Positions 25,436 through 36,062 are shown, counted from the first letter of the whole stretch. The stretch is 62,934 nt of DNA, filler included, from Lenisia limosa (GCA_001655205.1; 14 parts of 14 records of this genome joined end to end with filler, not necessarily neighbours in it); one strand, 5' to 3'. Notes: generated from the sequence alone by a model not told the origin. Translations and numbers: made by a program.

Positions 25436-27774
25436 GTGAGGCGTCCATATGGTCTCAGCAGCAGACAGGAGATATCGGTTTTATTGAGGCTAGCCGGCCG
25501 TTAGAAGCCGCAACGGCTGTGACAGAAATCCTGCCGACTATGTGAGGGGTATTGTGTGTATATTAGGGCTCCGTACAATTAATTGAAATTTATTTTCATT
25601 ATTTGAAGTCGGATATATTACAATGAGAACCCCTTTTCTGACACTCACTTTAATTTATAATTTTGTCAATGAATTTGCTCTAACAAATTAATTGCACGAA
25701 GCCCTAGTGTATATGCTCATACTATATTTTGCTGTAGAAATAGATATCCTGCAATGGGGGAGTATTGGAGAATATAGGGCTTCACTTCGGTTCGAAAAAA
25801 GACTGAATTTCTCGATAATACCGAAATTTTACCAGTCTTTTCGAGCCAAAGTAAGTCCTAATACATATGAATATTGAAGATGGGTAGGGGGGAGGTCATA
25901 CATATGTTTGTGCTTTGTTTCTCTTGTCTAATAATTCAAAAACAGTAGTTGACCCCCCACCCCACAGTCCCAAAACGTCCTCTCCAAAACCCGAGGGAAT
26001 CACCCAGGTAGAAGAGGAGCTCGATATGTCCGATCCTTCCCAGGCCCTAATTGCTGAGATTCGACGGGGAAAGGGCAAGGGCGTTGCAGTCGACGATAAT
26101 TCTGAGGCGGCCGTACGGGGGAGCGTGACGTTGGAGATTAGTTATTTGTATTAGCTTTAAAGGAATAATTTGTCAGTGTAAGTATCATATGTATAGTGAC
26201 CGATTTTCCTTTGGAAATTAGATGGCAAATTGGTTAAGACTTATCCCGGTTACTGTATATGGGTATAACCCACACACACCTTAAATAACCCGTCAGCAAG
26301 CCATGCGTGTCAGCCATCAGGAGCTTCATAGTGCGGTCGCGCAGCTCTCAGATGCCCTCTACTCCGAACAGGTCCATTTCGGTGTGGCACAAAGGGGGTA
26401 TTGTTTTGGTTGTTTTTATTATTATTGTGTGTGTTTACCATTACACTAATAAGAGATATTGATTATCACATCAATTCACACAATGATTTACTAACAACTC
26501 TGTGTATATGTGGCCATAGAGGGCCCCGGGGGGGGGGGNNNNNNNNNNNNNNNNNNNNNNNNNNNNNNNNNNNNNNNNNNNNNNNNNNNNNNNNNNNNNN
26601 NNNNNNNNNNNGTTATTGTTGCATGTGGGTGTGTGGGTGTGTGGGTTGATCCAGAATCTGTTTTATAAAAAGTGGTAGCCTAACAGAATGTAACGTCACT
26701 GTTTTTAGTACTGGAATTGGTTCAAAATTGCGAAGACAACATGTACGCTTCAGATGTTGACCCTTCAGTCTGGTTCACTATTTGCCAGGTGTGTGGCATT
26801 TTGCAAAAGCTCTTGTTTTGTCTTTGAGAATACTCTCTAAATTGAGACATTAACCTGGGATAAATCTTATTCTCTAAACTGATTACCTTGGATAAATCTG
26901 ATTCTCTAAACTGATCACCTTGTGGATAAGCATTGATGAATATTCTCTAAATCGATAAATGCACTGGAATAACTACTTCGGAATATTCTCCAATACTGAA
27001 TGTTATGATCATCGCCAAAAAGTTTCAGTTTAGTGTGTACAGAGTGGCAAATGATTGTGAGTGAATTAATATTACTATATAATTCAATATCTCAGATAAA
27101 CGTGATGGAGTGGACGGCTTCGGCCAGATACAACCATCTATATACTATCATATACTGTTAATAATAGTCTCATTATTGATAAAGACTTTCCTTCACCCCA
27201 CTCCGCTTTATTTCATGCATTTTGCATCAACGTACGCTGGAGTGATGGGATGCGACTGGCCTGGGCTTTTTTTTGTTTTGTTGTTATCAACCTCGTGTGT
27301 TATCAGCCAAAAAAGTTGGTTTTGGGTCATTTTTCCATTTTACTTCCCCCTCCCCCTAGGACGGCATCATAGTCCAGAACAACGAAGTCGGTTTCAATGA
27401 CAAGAACGTCCGCGCGATTTGTAGTGTAAATAACAGGTAAATGGTGTGAAGTAAAAATAGTGCACTGATGTGGATAAAGGCAAATCTGTGTATAACCAAA
27501 CATACACGTATGTAAGTGTACACTGATCGCGATAAGTCCTAACACGGATATTGAGCTTTCTCTCTGGGCAAGAAACGTTTATTTATTTAAAGAAGGGGAA
27601 ACTAAACATAAAAAAAAAATTCAAGGATTAGATCTGGATTTCCGATTTTACCCCCCCTCCCCTAGCACCAAGTCTGGCAAGGAAGGCTACATTGGAAGGA
27701 AGGGAATCGGTTTCAAGTCTGTATTCCTGGTGACCGACACGCCGCATATCGTCTCAAACGGCTACTCGTTTGAT
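25436..27774 (+). CDS. Sacsin/NO VEIN-like GHKL (HATPase) domain protein, N-terminal part
   Basis: The splice gives LSDALYSEQVHF-VLELVQNCEDNMYASDVDPSVWFTICQ-DGIIVQNNEVGFNDKNVRAICSVNNS-TKSGKEGYIGRKGIGFKSVFLVTDTPHIVSNGYSFD, matching the NOV/sacsin motifs LYS..HF..EL.QNA.DN, NNE.GF, STK and IG.KG.GFKSVF. Confidence 0.9.
25564..25706. mobile_element. Family E MITE, about 140 bp, TIR TAGGGCT(T/C)CGT(G/A)CAATTAATT
   Basis: TIR pair at 25564 and 25706; a second, more diverged copy at 9504-9642. It shares the terminal TAGGGCT with family B. Confidence 0.75.
26853..26955. repeat. Tandem repeat, about 3 x 32 bp, intronic
   Basis: Unit ACCT(T/G)GGATAAATCT(G/T)ATTCTCTAAACTGATT at 26853, 26885 and a diverged copy at 26917. 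Confidence 0.8.
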
Positions 27775-28398
27775 GTGGGAGGGAGGCAGATGTTAATGCA
27801 TATTAATGCATATTAATGCAAATGATCAACTATGATAGTATATAAAATATTAATTTNNNNNNNNNNNNNNNNNNNNNNNNNNNNNNNNNNNNNNNNNNNN
27901 TTAATTAATTAANNNNNNNNNNNNNNNNNNNNNNNNNNNNNNNNNNNNNNNNNNNNATTAGTCAGTTGTCATATATCATGGGAGGTATTAATAGAATGGG
28001 GTGTGGGGGGGGGGTTGGTTGGTCGGATGTCTGCTGTTAGTCAATAATATGCCTATTATAAAAAACATTTAACATTTGTTCCTAAACAAGGTACTTTTAG
28101 AAGTCATTAGATCAAAGGGGATGAAGATGAGAAACGGCTGTTTTTCAACTTTTAAAACCTTGCTTCCCAATTAGGCAAGTAAAGAACTTTCTGGTTATGG
28201 GGTCCACATATCAAAAACGTCACAAAAGTTATGTTACTTCCGCAAACTTTTTCTAGAATCTAAGAAAAGGGTAAAAAGCAACCACAGCAAGATTTTGGAC
28301 CTGTCTTTCAGGGAGGTTCTTTTCTTCCAATGGAAAATGATTGGGTTTTAAAGGGGTTTTGGAACAGTTCTTTCAAATATTTCTTATTATTTTTTTAG

Positions 28399-28685
28399 TA
28401 TATGACTGATGGTATGCTTTTAAGGGAATTCTTGACTGAACCTGATCTTGTTTGTTAACAAAATCTTAATTTCTGTCTTCGTATAGTGTAATGATCATTG
28501 ATGAAGCTCATGAAAGAACACTACATACTGACGTTTTATTTGGATTAGTCAAAGACATTGCACGTTTCAGGTTTTTTTTAATTTATCGAGTTACTTTGAC
28601 CAGATATTAAATTAATTATCTCATCAGCAACTCTTGATGCAAAGAAGTTTTCTATTTATTTTGATAATGCTCCTATTTTCAATGG
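28399..28685 (+). CDS. DHX16: DEAH-box splicing helicase (DHX16/Prp2-like) internal fragment; possibly a truncated copy
   Basis: Exons 28399-28449, 28476-28570 and 28599-28685 give [77 protein letters not shown] (motifs Ib, II, III) with no stops. It ends at a 10-N gap with a convergent gene 27 nt beyond. Confidence 0.9.
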
Positions 28686-28712
28686 NNNNNNNNNNATTAT
28701 AGACATATTTTC

Positions 28713-29790
28713 CTATCCTTTCCGGGCCTGCTTATGATATTTTAAATGCTGATCTGACCATTTTAAGGGTTTTGGGGGGTCAGGTTTTTGGTTTCTAACG
28801 TCATTAGAAGTTTTTAAGGGGTCTGAGATGTCATAGTACAATTTGCTTTTCGAGAATGCGTCAAAGAATACAAAATTATGTAGCATTGAAAACGTAAATA
28901 AAGAACTGATTACCCCCCCCCCCCCNNNNNNNNNNNNNNNNNNNNNNNNNNNNNNNNNNNNNNNNNNNNNNNNNNNNNNNNNNNNNNNNNNNNNNNNNNN
29001 NNNNNNNCAGCCGTGAATATGACGCATAGTTGAAGGTGCTTTGTGTGAATACCCTTGGCGATGAACGTGGGGATGGTTGATTCACAATCCAACATTAATC
29101 AAGTCGTAAGCTTACAACAGAATTAGCGGACTCAATGTTGTTGTGTTCGACAAGGACAGGACGGACTGAAATGGGGAGAAGAGACTGCTCCTTCTGATGG
29201 CACTTGTTGAAAAAAGGAGTCAACTTCTTGCCGTTCTTCTTGTGCACACCAGTCAGATGATCGGGGATCTCGGAGAAGCAGGTCATGGCGATCTTGACAT
29301 CACCCTTGGCATTCTTATAGATGTTTCTAAATACAGTCTGGAACTAGTTGCCGAGATCCTTGTCTATAATGCATCAGATTACCACCACCATTCAAGATAA
29401 CTCTGACATAGCCCCTTAAAAAGAAAACAAATATTTGCATTATGAAGCCTACTCTTACCAGAGAGAAGCAGAGAAGGTGTTGATGCGGTGTCTTTTGGTC
29501 TTTCAAGGTGATAACAATTTAAACAAAATGGAGACATGTGCAAAAACATTTCAAAAACAAAAATTCTCCATCATACTTGGTGGGAGGGAGAGGGGCAAGG
29601 TGAAGTCTTTGACGGAAGTTGAGATTCTGGGCGCGGAGATCTTTCTTAACGGAAGGCGGCGTTTCTGGTTGAGTGACTTTTCACGATCAAAGGGGGCGTA
29701 TTCTGTAAAAGGATCAGCAAGAGAAAGGGGAGGCAGAACTGGGGTTGGAGTTTTCTTGATCTCTTTCTGATCATTTTAGGAGGAAAAGGG
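28713..29790 (-). CDS. Unidentified multi-exon gene, 3' part
   Basis: Open exons QKEIKKTPTPVLPPLSLADPFTEYAPF..., FQTVFRNIYKNAKGDVKIAMTCFSEIPDHL...ESANSV, GIHTKHLQLCVIFTA and a terminal ...KWSDQHLKYHKQARKG-TAG; some junctions are ambiguous. Confidence 0.5.
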
Positions 29791-30276
29791 AAACATGAAA
29801 GAACTTTCATTTGGTTCAGAAACTCATCCGTGCTACAGAATTCGATCTGATAAACAGATGGAAGGCTCTAGAGGTTATTTTAATGATAGACAAGCTTACA
29901 ACTTGAAACTTAATGCAGCATTTGGCGCATCGCTGCCCGTTTACGATCTTTCGTGAACGTCCACGCTCAATTTTGCAAGTACAAGAGTATCTGAATAGAA
30001 GGGCAAAACGACATGAAATATTTTACTTTCTCTTTCTGGACTGCTGTTCCATTAGATCAAGTACTCTTTTAACTTGAGTTGTTCCACTCATTATTTTTAA
30101 CATTTTTTTTTTTATTTTTTTTCTTATTTATATCTACACTGGTACATGTTGACTATATCTCGTATGCTGGGGAGGCACGCAGAAAGCTGTGTGCACAGAG
30201 NNNNNNNNNNNNNNNNNNNNNNNNNNNNNNNNNNNNNNNNNNNNNNNNNNNNNNNNNNNNNNNNNNNNNNNNNNNT

Positions 30277-30352
30277 CCAATATCTCTTAGAAGCGTGATT
30301 GTGTGGACGGCTTCGGCCAGATACTACCTTATTTTTTTATTTCTCATTGCTT
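30277..30352 (+). repeat. Family C: asymmetric repeat of about 75 bp with a GGC-TTCG-GCC hairpin (representative copy)
   Basis: Consensus CCAATATCTCTTATAAGCGTGATGGTGTGGACGGCTTCGGCCAGATAC(T/A)ACCTTGTTTTTTATTTCTCATTGCTAT. Copies at about 3801(-), 7735(-), 7858(-), 13587(-), 20217(-, two), 21700, 27087, 30277, 57551, 58490, 59068, 59358 and 62222 (two). Confidence 0.92.
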
Positions 30353-30373
30353 CATATATATATAATATATATA

Positions 30374-31260
30374 GTTAAAACCGCGAACATGATTAAAACC
30401 GCGAACAAAAAGGAGGCTTCTCTTTCAATTTTTGAGCCAATACGCTCCTTATTTACGCCTCTTTCGCATTTTTTGCCAATTATCGCCCGAAACACTCCTT
30501 TATACAGGGTTTTATTCATCACCTTCATGGAACTTCAATTTTTCATGCGAAATACATTAAAAACACTGATTATGGGCCAAGAATGCCCCTGCGATAAAGT
30601 GAAGACATTCTTGCACCATCAGATTTAATTTTTTTTCCACTCTTGAGTAACCTAGAGGCATTTAAGTAGAGAATACGAGACAGATTGGGCAAAAAATGAG
30701 CATAGATTACCCATAAATGGGCGGATATATGATAGAAGATGTTAATAAATCAAGCGAATTTGACTCTTACCTTTTGTGCCATTCCAAACGGTAAATGGGT
30801 TATTGACGCAGTATATACCTTAATCAGACGTCTAATTTGTCCAATGGCTCTCCATTATAGAGACTGAACAAGAAAAATTCTTGAAAAAACCGTTACAAAA
30901 GTTGACTTAAATACCTCAAAATCACTACATTTTCTCCAAAAATGGACTTCAGATTCGAATTCTCCTTAAAAAATCGCGTTTCTATGGTGGGGCACTTTAA
31001 TAGGCTCAAAATGCTATTATTCTGAAAGAGGGGGGTTTCAAAAAATATTTTCGCGTAAAGGAAACTGGATGACCCCGGCCGGATTCGATTCTGATCAAAA
31101 GATCTTATTTTTCGATTTTTTTTATCTCCTCATTTTTTTTCTTTTTGCTCAAAATTTCTTTGTTTTGATATTGTTGATAGCACTAAAACGGGTGTTATTG
31201 AAGCGATTTATGTCGAATTTTGACTTGTTCGCGGTTTTAATCATGTTCGCGGTTTTAAAC
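30374..31260. mobile_element. Non-autonomous DNA transposon of about 890 bp with 35-36 bp TIRs
   Basis: Left end GTTAAAACCGCGAACATGATTAAAACCGCGAACAA (30374-30408) and its reverse complement at 31225-31260. Each TIR has an internal direct repeat, the element is flanked by (TA)n-rich sequence, and no intact ORF lies inside. Confidence 0.85.
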
Positions 31261-32386
31261 ATCAACCTAGATATATATATCTCGGAAGTGTGACCAAAAA
31301 GTGTCTTCGGTAGTGCTTGTTTTCAAAAAAAATATAACATCTTGTCTCTTGTGTGTTATTAAAATAACTATCCTATATTGTTAACAAAATGGATAAGGAA
31401 AACGTTTGTAACAAAATACCCATGATTATCATTTTCTTCACTAGATCACTGGTAAAATTGTTTGCCAAGTGTGAAAAAGACGGCATCTTAAAAACCTTGT
31501 CATTGTACTCTTATTTTTTGCGATCATGTTAAGCTTGTTAAATCTGTAAAAATAATGAAGTCCAAATGTGACCTTACACTGACACTATGAATGTACCACC
31601 TTAATATGACTGTTTGCGATCAACAAAAATAATACATATCATATTATGGTGGTGTAGTCACCTGGAGAGTTTTAGCAAAAAGTCGCCACAGTAATTTGAT
31701 AATGGCATTCAGATTTTAAAAGGACACTTCTCTATCTACTTTATGCAGGCATGGAGGGAGAAGTATTACTTTTTACCTTGCTTTGGCTTCTTTGTTGCCT
31801 CCACTCCTAAAAATCGACAGTAAACTAATTAATCCGTCAAATATCGTTCGCGAGGTTTTTCGTGAAAGGGGCTCGCATCTTGGTGGAGTTCCCCATCTCC
31901 CGACGTATTCCTCACTGAAGAGGAATGCTGGGACTCTGAGTTCGTGCTGTTCTTCATATAGGTGAAGGTACATAATTGTGTCCAGTCACATTATTGTCCA
32001 CTTTTAAAATTTTCCGTATTTTTGACTGGGCGCAAGTATTTGGTTTCTTTTTGACNNNNNNNNNNNNNNNNNNNNNNNNNNNNNNNNNNNNNNNNNNNNT
32101 TAATTAATTAANNNNNNNNNNNNNNNNNNNNNNNNNNNNNNNNNNNNNNNNNNNNTATTTCCCTTGTGGTATGTTTCTCGTATTATTTGCTAGTACTTCT
32201 CAATGGATGCTTATTTTTTAAAAGACGAATACTATTAAGGTTTGTCTAACATTATAGTTCAAGCCGTAAACCCATGAAACCGGTTCTACTTCTCAACCAG
32301 GTTTCAATTCACAAAAAGACTGGACCGGACTGGACCGCTCAAATTTCTTCCACTATTTTTTCCTCTTTCATTTCATCTCCTTGATA

Positions 32387-33296
32387 TTATACTTCTTCTT
32401 CTCCCGCTTTATCTTCATCTACTACATCTTTTACATATTCATCTTCATCTGATTTATATTCCTCATCTTCATCTTCTTCTCTATTCTCTTCAATGTTTTT
32501 GTCTTCTACTAATTCTTTATCATAATCTTCTTCTTCACCTTCATCTTCTTCAACTACTTCATCTTGAACATCTTTAACTTCTTCTCCTTTTACATCTTTA
32601 TCTTCATGTCCTTCATCTTCTACTTCTTCATGTTCAAAGATTTGTTCGTCAACAGCATCTTCTTCTGATTCTTGGTCTTCCTGCACATCTTTTTCAAGGG
32701 AGTCTTCGCCTCCATCGCTATTCGGTTCCTCAATATCACTTTCTGAGTCTGAAAAATCATATCTTCAATACAAGGTTGAGGTGCTGAACGGGCAGAAGAA
32801 GGTTTCAAAGTTGAAGGACTATGATCAAGCATTTTACTGCTGTCAAAATCATCATGAGAGTCATTTTCTTTTTCGCTTTCGTTAGAGTGAGCGACCTTAA
32901 ACACAGCTTTAGAGGGGCTGGCCCCTGGGGATTTGAGGATTCTGGGCTCACCAATTGCTGCATCTTTGGGGTTGTACACCTGGAGCAGAACCTCGGGTGA
33001 GTGTTGTCGGTCTGACAGCACTGACAGACCCACCACTTTTGGGGTACTTCGAACTCCTCCTCCTCCTCAACCACATTGTTGAGTCTAATAACGACCTGCT
33101 TGACCGTGTCAATGTCTTGTGCAACAACCGCCTTGTTGAAGTGTACGCGGCGAGGAGTGGACGGCACTCGCATATGGTCGCTAAGAAGTGAGGAAGGGAT
33201 ATGAGGAATTGAGCCATCTTCATTTAAAACTGCCAAAAAGACAAGACCGTCTGAATTTGTCCAGGATGGAGAACTAACCGTATCAAGCAAAGACAT
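32387..33296 (-). CDS. Protein with a RanBP2-type zinc-finger-like motif and an acidic D/E-rich C-terminal region
   Basis: ATG at 33296; WWVCQCCQTDNTHPRFCSRCTTPK is followed, after a frame change, by SNESEKENDSHDDFDSS and MQEDQESEEDAVDEQIFEHEEVEDE... Confidence 0.6.
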
Positions 33297-33483
33297 ATTA
33301 TAATAATGATAGTATGATATAATTAAGACTTCATTTCGGTTCGAAAAAAACCGGAAAATATCGATAGTTTTCGAGAATTCATCGAGACATTCAGTCTTTT
33401 TTCGAACCGAAGTGAATCTATAATTTTTCAATATTGTCTAAGAATATATGTAGATTGTAGCAATAATACTTAATGCTGACTAC

Positions 33484-34240
33484 TTACTCTTTGACTTGAA
33501 GTGCACCTTGAGGGCCTTTAACAAAGTGTGGAGAAGGGCTATCAAACTGACTTGGCGAGTGAAGATTATGGACACTTGGGAAAATGTTGGCTTTTGGGAT
33601 GGGTGTCTGGAAAGGACTGGAAAAAGGACTTGACATTGGGGATTCATCATCGGAGTCTATGATTACTTCTTCATCCTCATCAACCCAGTCGTCTTCTTCA
33701 TCCTCATTAACCCAGTCGTTTTCTTCATCCTCATCAACCAGTCTTCTTCATCATCTTCTCTACTCTCCTTAAGATATGGAGCAGCATCATCCTCAGTTGA
33801 ACCAGAAGATTCAAAAACATTGTCACTCGATGGGATTTTTGAAATGTTACACGACTAGATTTGACGTCATACACTTGTTGTATTCTTGCAAATGACTGGG
33901 TAAATAATACAATACAATATGACGATAAAGACTTCGGTCAACTTAATTTTTTCTTATTTCTCTACAGCAAAATGACCGCATACTGGATGGCGACTGCCGA
34001 ACCTATGGGAAGGACTTCTCTTCCTCGAAGACAGATTCACTTTCAGCTTCTGGATATGTAATAGGAATTTCACAAATAGATGAAAATGGAATCAAGAAAT
34101 TTTGCAACAATATTACACAAGAGAAGCATATATATTTAAGAAACAAACCTTTCTGAGGATATTCATCATCTGTTTCAGATTCCTCTATGACATCCGAATC
34201 ACTGTATTCTTCCTCGTATGCATTTTCTTAATTGAATGAA
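33484..34240 (-). CDS. Acidic low-complexity protein, 3' exons
   Basis: YEEEYSDSDVIEESETDDEYPQK and EEDWVDEDEENDWVNEDEEDDWVDEDEEVIIDSDDESPMSSPFSSPFQTP...LQVKE-TAA. Confidence 0.55.
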
Positions 34241-34967
34241 TCAACTTCATCAATTTAGAAAATAATTATTTTTATAAAATGAAATATAATGCGGTGAAAA
34301 TGCAGAATGTGCATTCATTGCGTCAAGTATATGATTCGCATTATATGTGCTTAAAGCCAGAGTACACTTAAATTTTGTTTTCATTTTATACAATTATTGT
34401 TCTGGGGTGGACAAATGTATAATTTTGAGTTTAATCGTTTCCGTGAGATTATTAACTGAATTCCTTTGATTCTCATCACTATTCTGGTTGATATAAAGGT
34501 GATGCGGACTTCTCCAAAACCTCCAATATTAACATAGAATTCATTGAAAAGCTCTACTAAAGGAGCAAAGAATGGTAATTATGCAAGATTTCCACTTTTC
34601 ATACCTCTATAAAGGACTTAGGACTTTCTCTCTACTCTCTCGCGCTATGCTAAATACAGAAATAAAAACATATCCATCCTGTTTTCGAACCGATTTCTGA
34701 CATTTCCTTCAGAGCCAGCCCATTATCAGGTTTTATTTTTGTTTTCCCTCTCTGATTTTCACGTTTTACTCCGCAGGTACTGACCAAGAGTGCAGCCCTG
34801 AGGTAAGGGAGGCGTTGCTATTGGAAGGCANNNNNNNNNNTCGTGGCGCTCTCGTCGCACCTGGGTTCCGAGGACAGCCCCCCTTGTATGCTGGCGAGAG
34901 GGAGGGCTGCAGAGGCACTGGCCTGGGCTTTGTCTGTTTTATTGTTTTTAGACCCTGATAAGGGTTT

Positions 34968-35046
34968 TATACAGTGACTGGGATAAGTCTTGATCGATTT
35001 TCTGTGTGATTTCCCAAGGATAATTGGTCAAGACTTTATCACAGTC
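34968..35046. mobile_element. Family D MITE, about 75 bp, TIR (TA)CAGTGACCGGGATAAGTCTTGACC; Tc1/mariner-type ends
   Basis: Palindromic with CAGTG ends and TA flanks. Copies at about 8050, 9281, 13490, 20140, 22003, 22302, 24197, 26193, 34968 and 54630. A related subfamily (CAGTGACCGCGATAAGTCC..CACG) occurs at about 27520 and 35396-35462. Confidence 0.85.
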
Positions 35047-35959
35047 ACGCCAGCAGTGTTTTCTTTTGGGTTCAATGGTCAGCCAAAAGCGTTTTATTGT
35101 TGTTTTCCCTCTCTGATTTTCACGTTTTACCCCGCAGGTACTGACCAAGAGTGCAGCCCTGAGGTAAGGGAGGCGTTGCTATTGGAAGGCAGGGGTAACA
35201 TTGTTCGACAAAGGAGTGGTTGGGTTTCATTGGAGTGTATTTTTTTGAATAGTATTGGAAGTGGAATTCAATTCTTGGCGAATCCGGACACTTGCAGTGA
35301 CCGCGATANNNNNNNNNNGGATAGTATTGGAAGTGGAATTCAATTCTTGGCGAATCCGGACACTTGCAGTGACCGCGATAAGTCCTGGCCCTTGCAGTGA
35401 CCGCGATAAGTCCGGACACGATTGATAAAAGATAAATATCCGTGTTAGGGCTAATCGCGGTCAGATAATCTGTTGAGTTACAGGAATCCTGGGGGGGGGG
35501 TCTTGATGGTAGCATTTCTTGCCAAATCAAAGCTATACGGTCGTTTCCCTTAATTGGAATTTTTGTAGCGAAAGGGCTCTCTGGGAGAACTCAGATACAA
35601 CAANNNNNNNNNNGGACACGATTGATAAAAGATAAATATCCGTGTTAAGGCTAATCGCGGTCAGTTAATCTGTTGAGTTACAGGAATCCTGGGGGGGGGG
35701 GGTCTTGATGGTAGCATTTCTTGCCAAATCAAAGCTATACGGTCATTTCCCTTAATTGGAATTTTTGTAGCGAAAGGGCTCTCTGGGAGAACTCAGATAC
35801 AACAACTTGAAACGTTGCAATATTTCCCCCCGTCTTTTTCGGATCCGAGTGAGTCCTCACTCACAACAATAAAATTGTCTTTATTTTTTGGGGCAGATGA
35901 AATTCGGAAGAAACCACCACATACTACGAGGGGAAAGTATGTGACCCCCATCTCTTTGT

Positions 35960-36062
35960 TTATTGTGTTGTTATCAACCCTCGTGTGTTGTCAGCCAACG
36001 AGTTGATTTTGTCTTTTTTTTTTGTTTCATAAATTTTCCAATTTTACTCCCCCCCCCCCCCC
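35960..36062 (+). repeat. Family A: intron 3'-terminal cassette (representative copy)
   Basis: Consensus TTGTTTTGTTGTTATCAACCCTCGTGTGTTGTCAGCCAACAGAGTTGATTTTGGGCTTT..TTTGTTTCATAAATTTTCCAATTTTAC(C)nAG. Copies at about 2131(-), 7098, 15220(-), 18243(-), 18961(-), 23739, 25107, 27262, 35960, 54870, 58826, 60620, 62485 and 62885. Confidence 0.92.

Noticed and set aside
28160-28330. Possible Tc1/mariner HTH remnant (KELSGYGVHISKTSQKL) upstream of the helicase fragment
   Set aside because: Only a vague resemblance, with no DDE motif or TIR; it cannot be supported without a search.
34725-35810. Near-exact direct duplications (34725-34830/35085-35190, 35248-35307/35321-35380, 35415-35603/35614-35803), including a duplicated 26-nt microexon
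   Set aside because: Each pair is associated with a 10-N gap, the signature of overlapping contig ends that were scaffolded but not merged. They are probably artefacts unless long reads confirm them.
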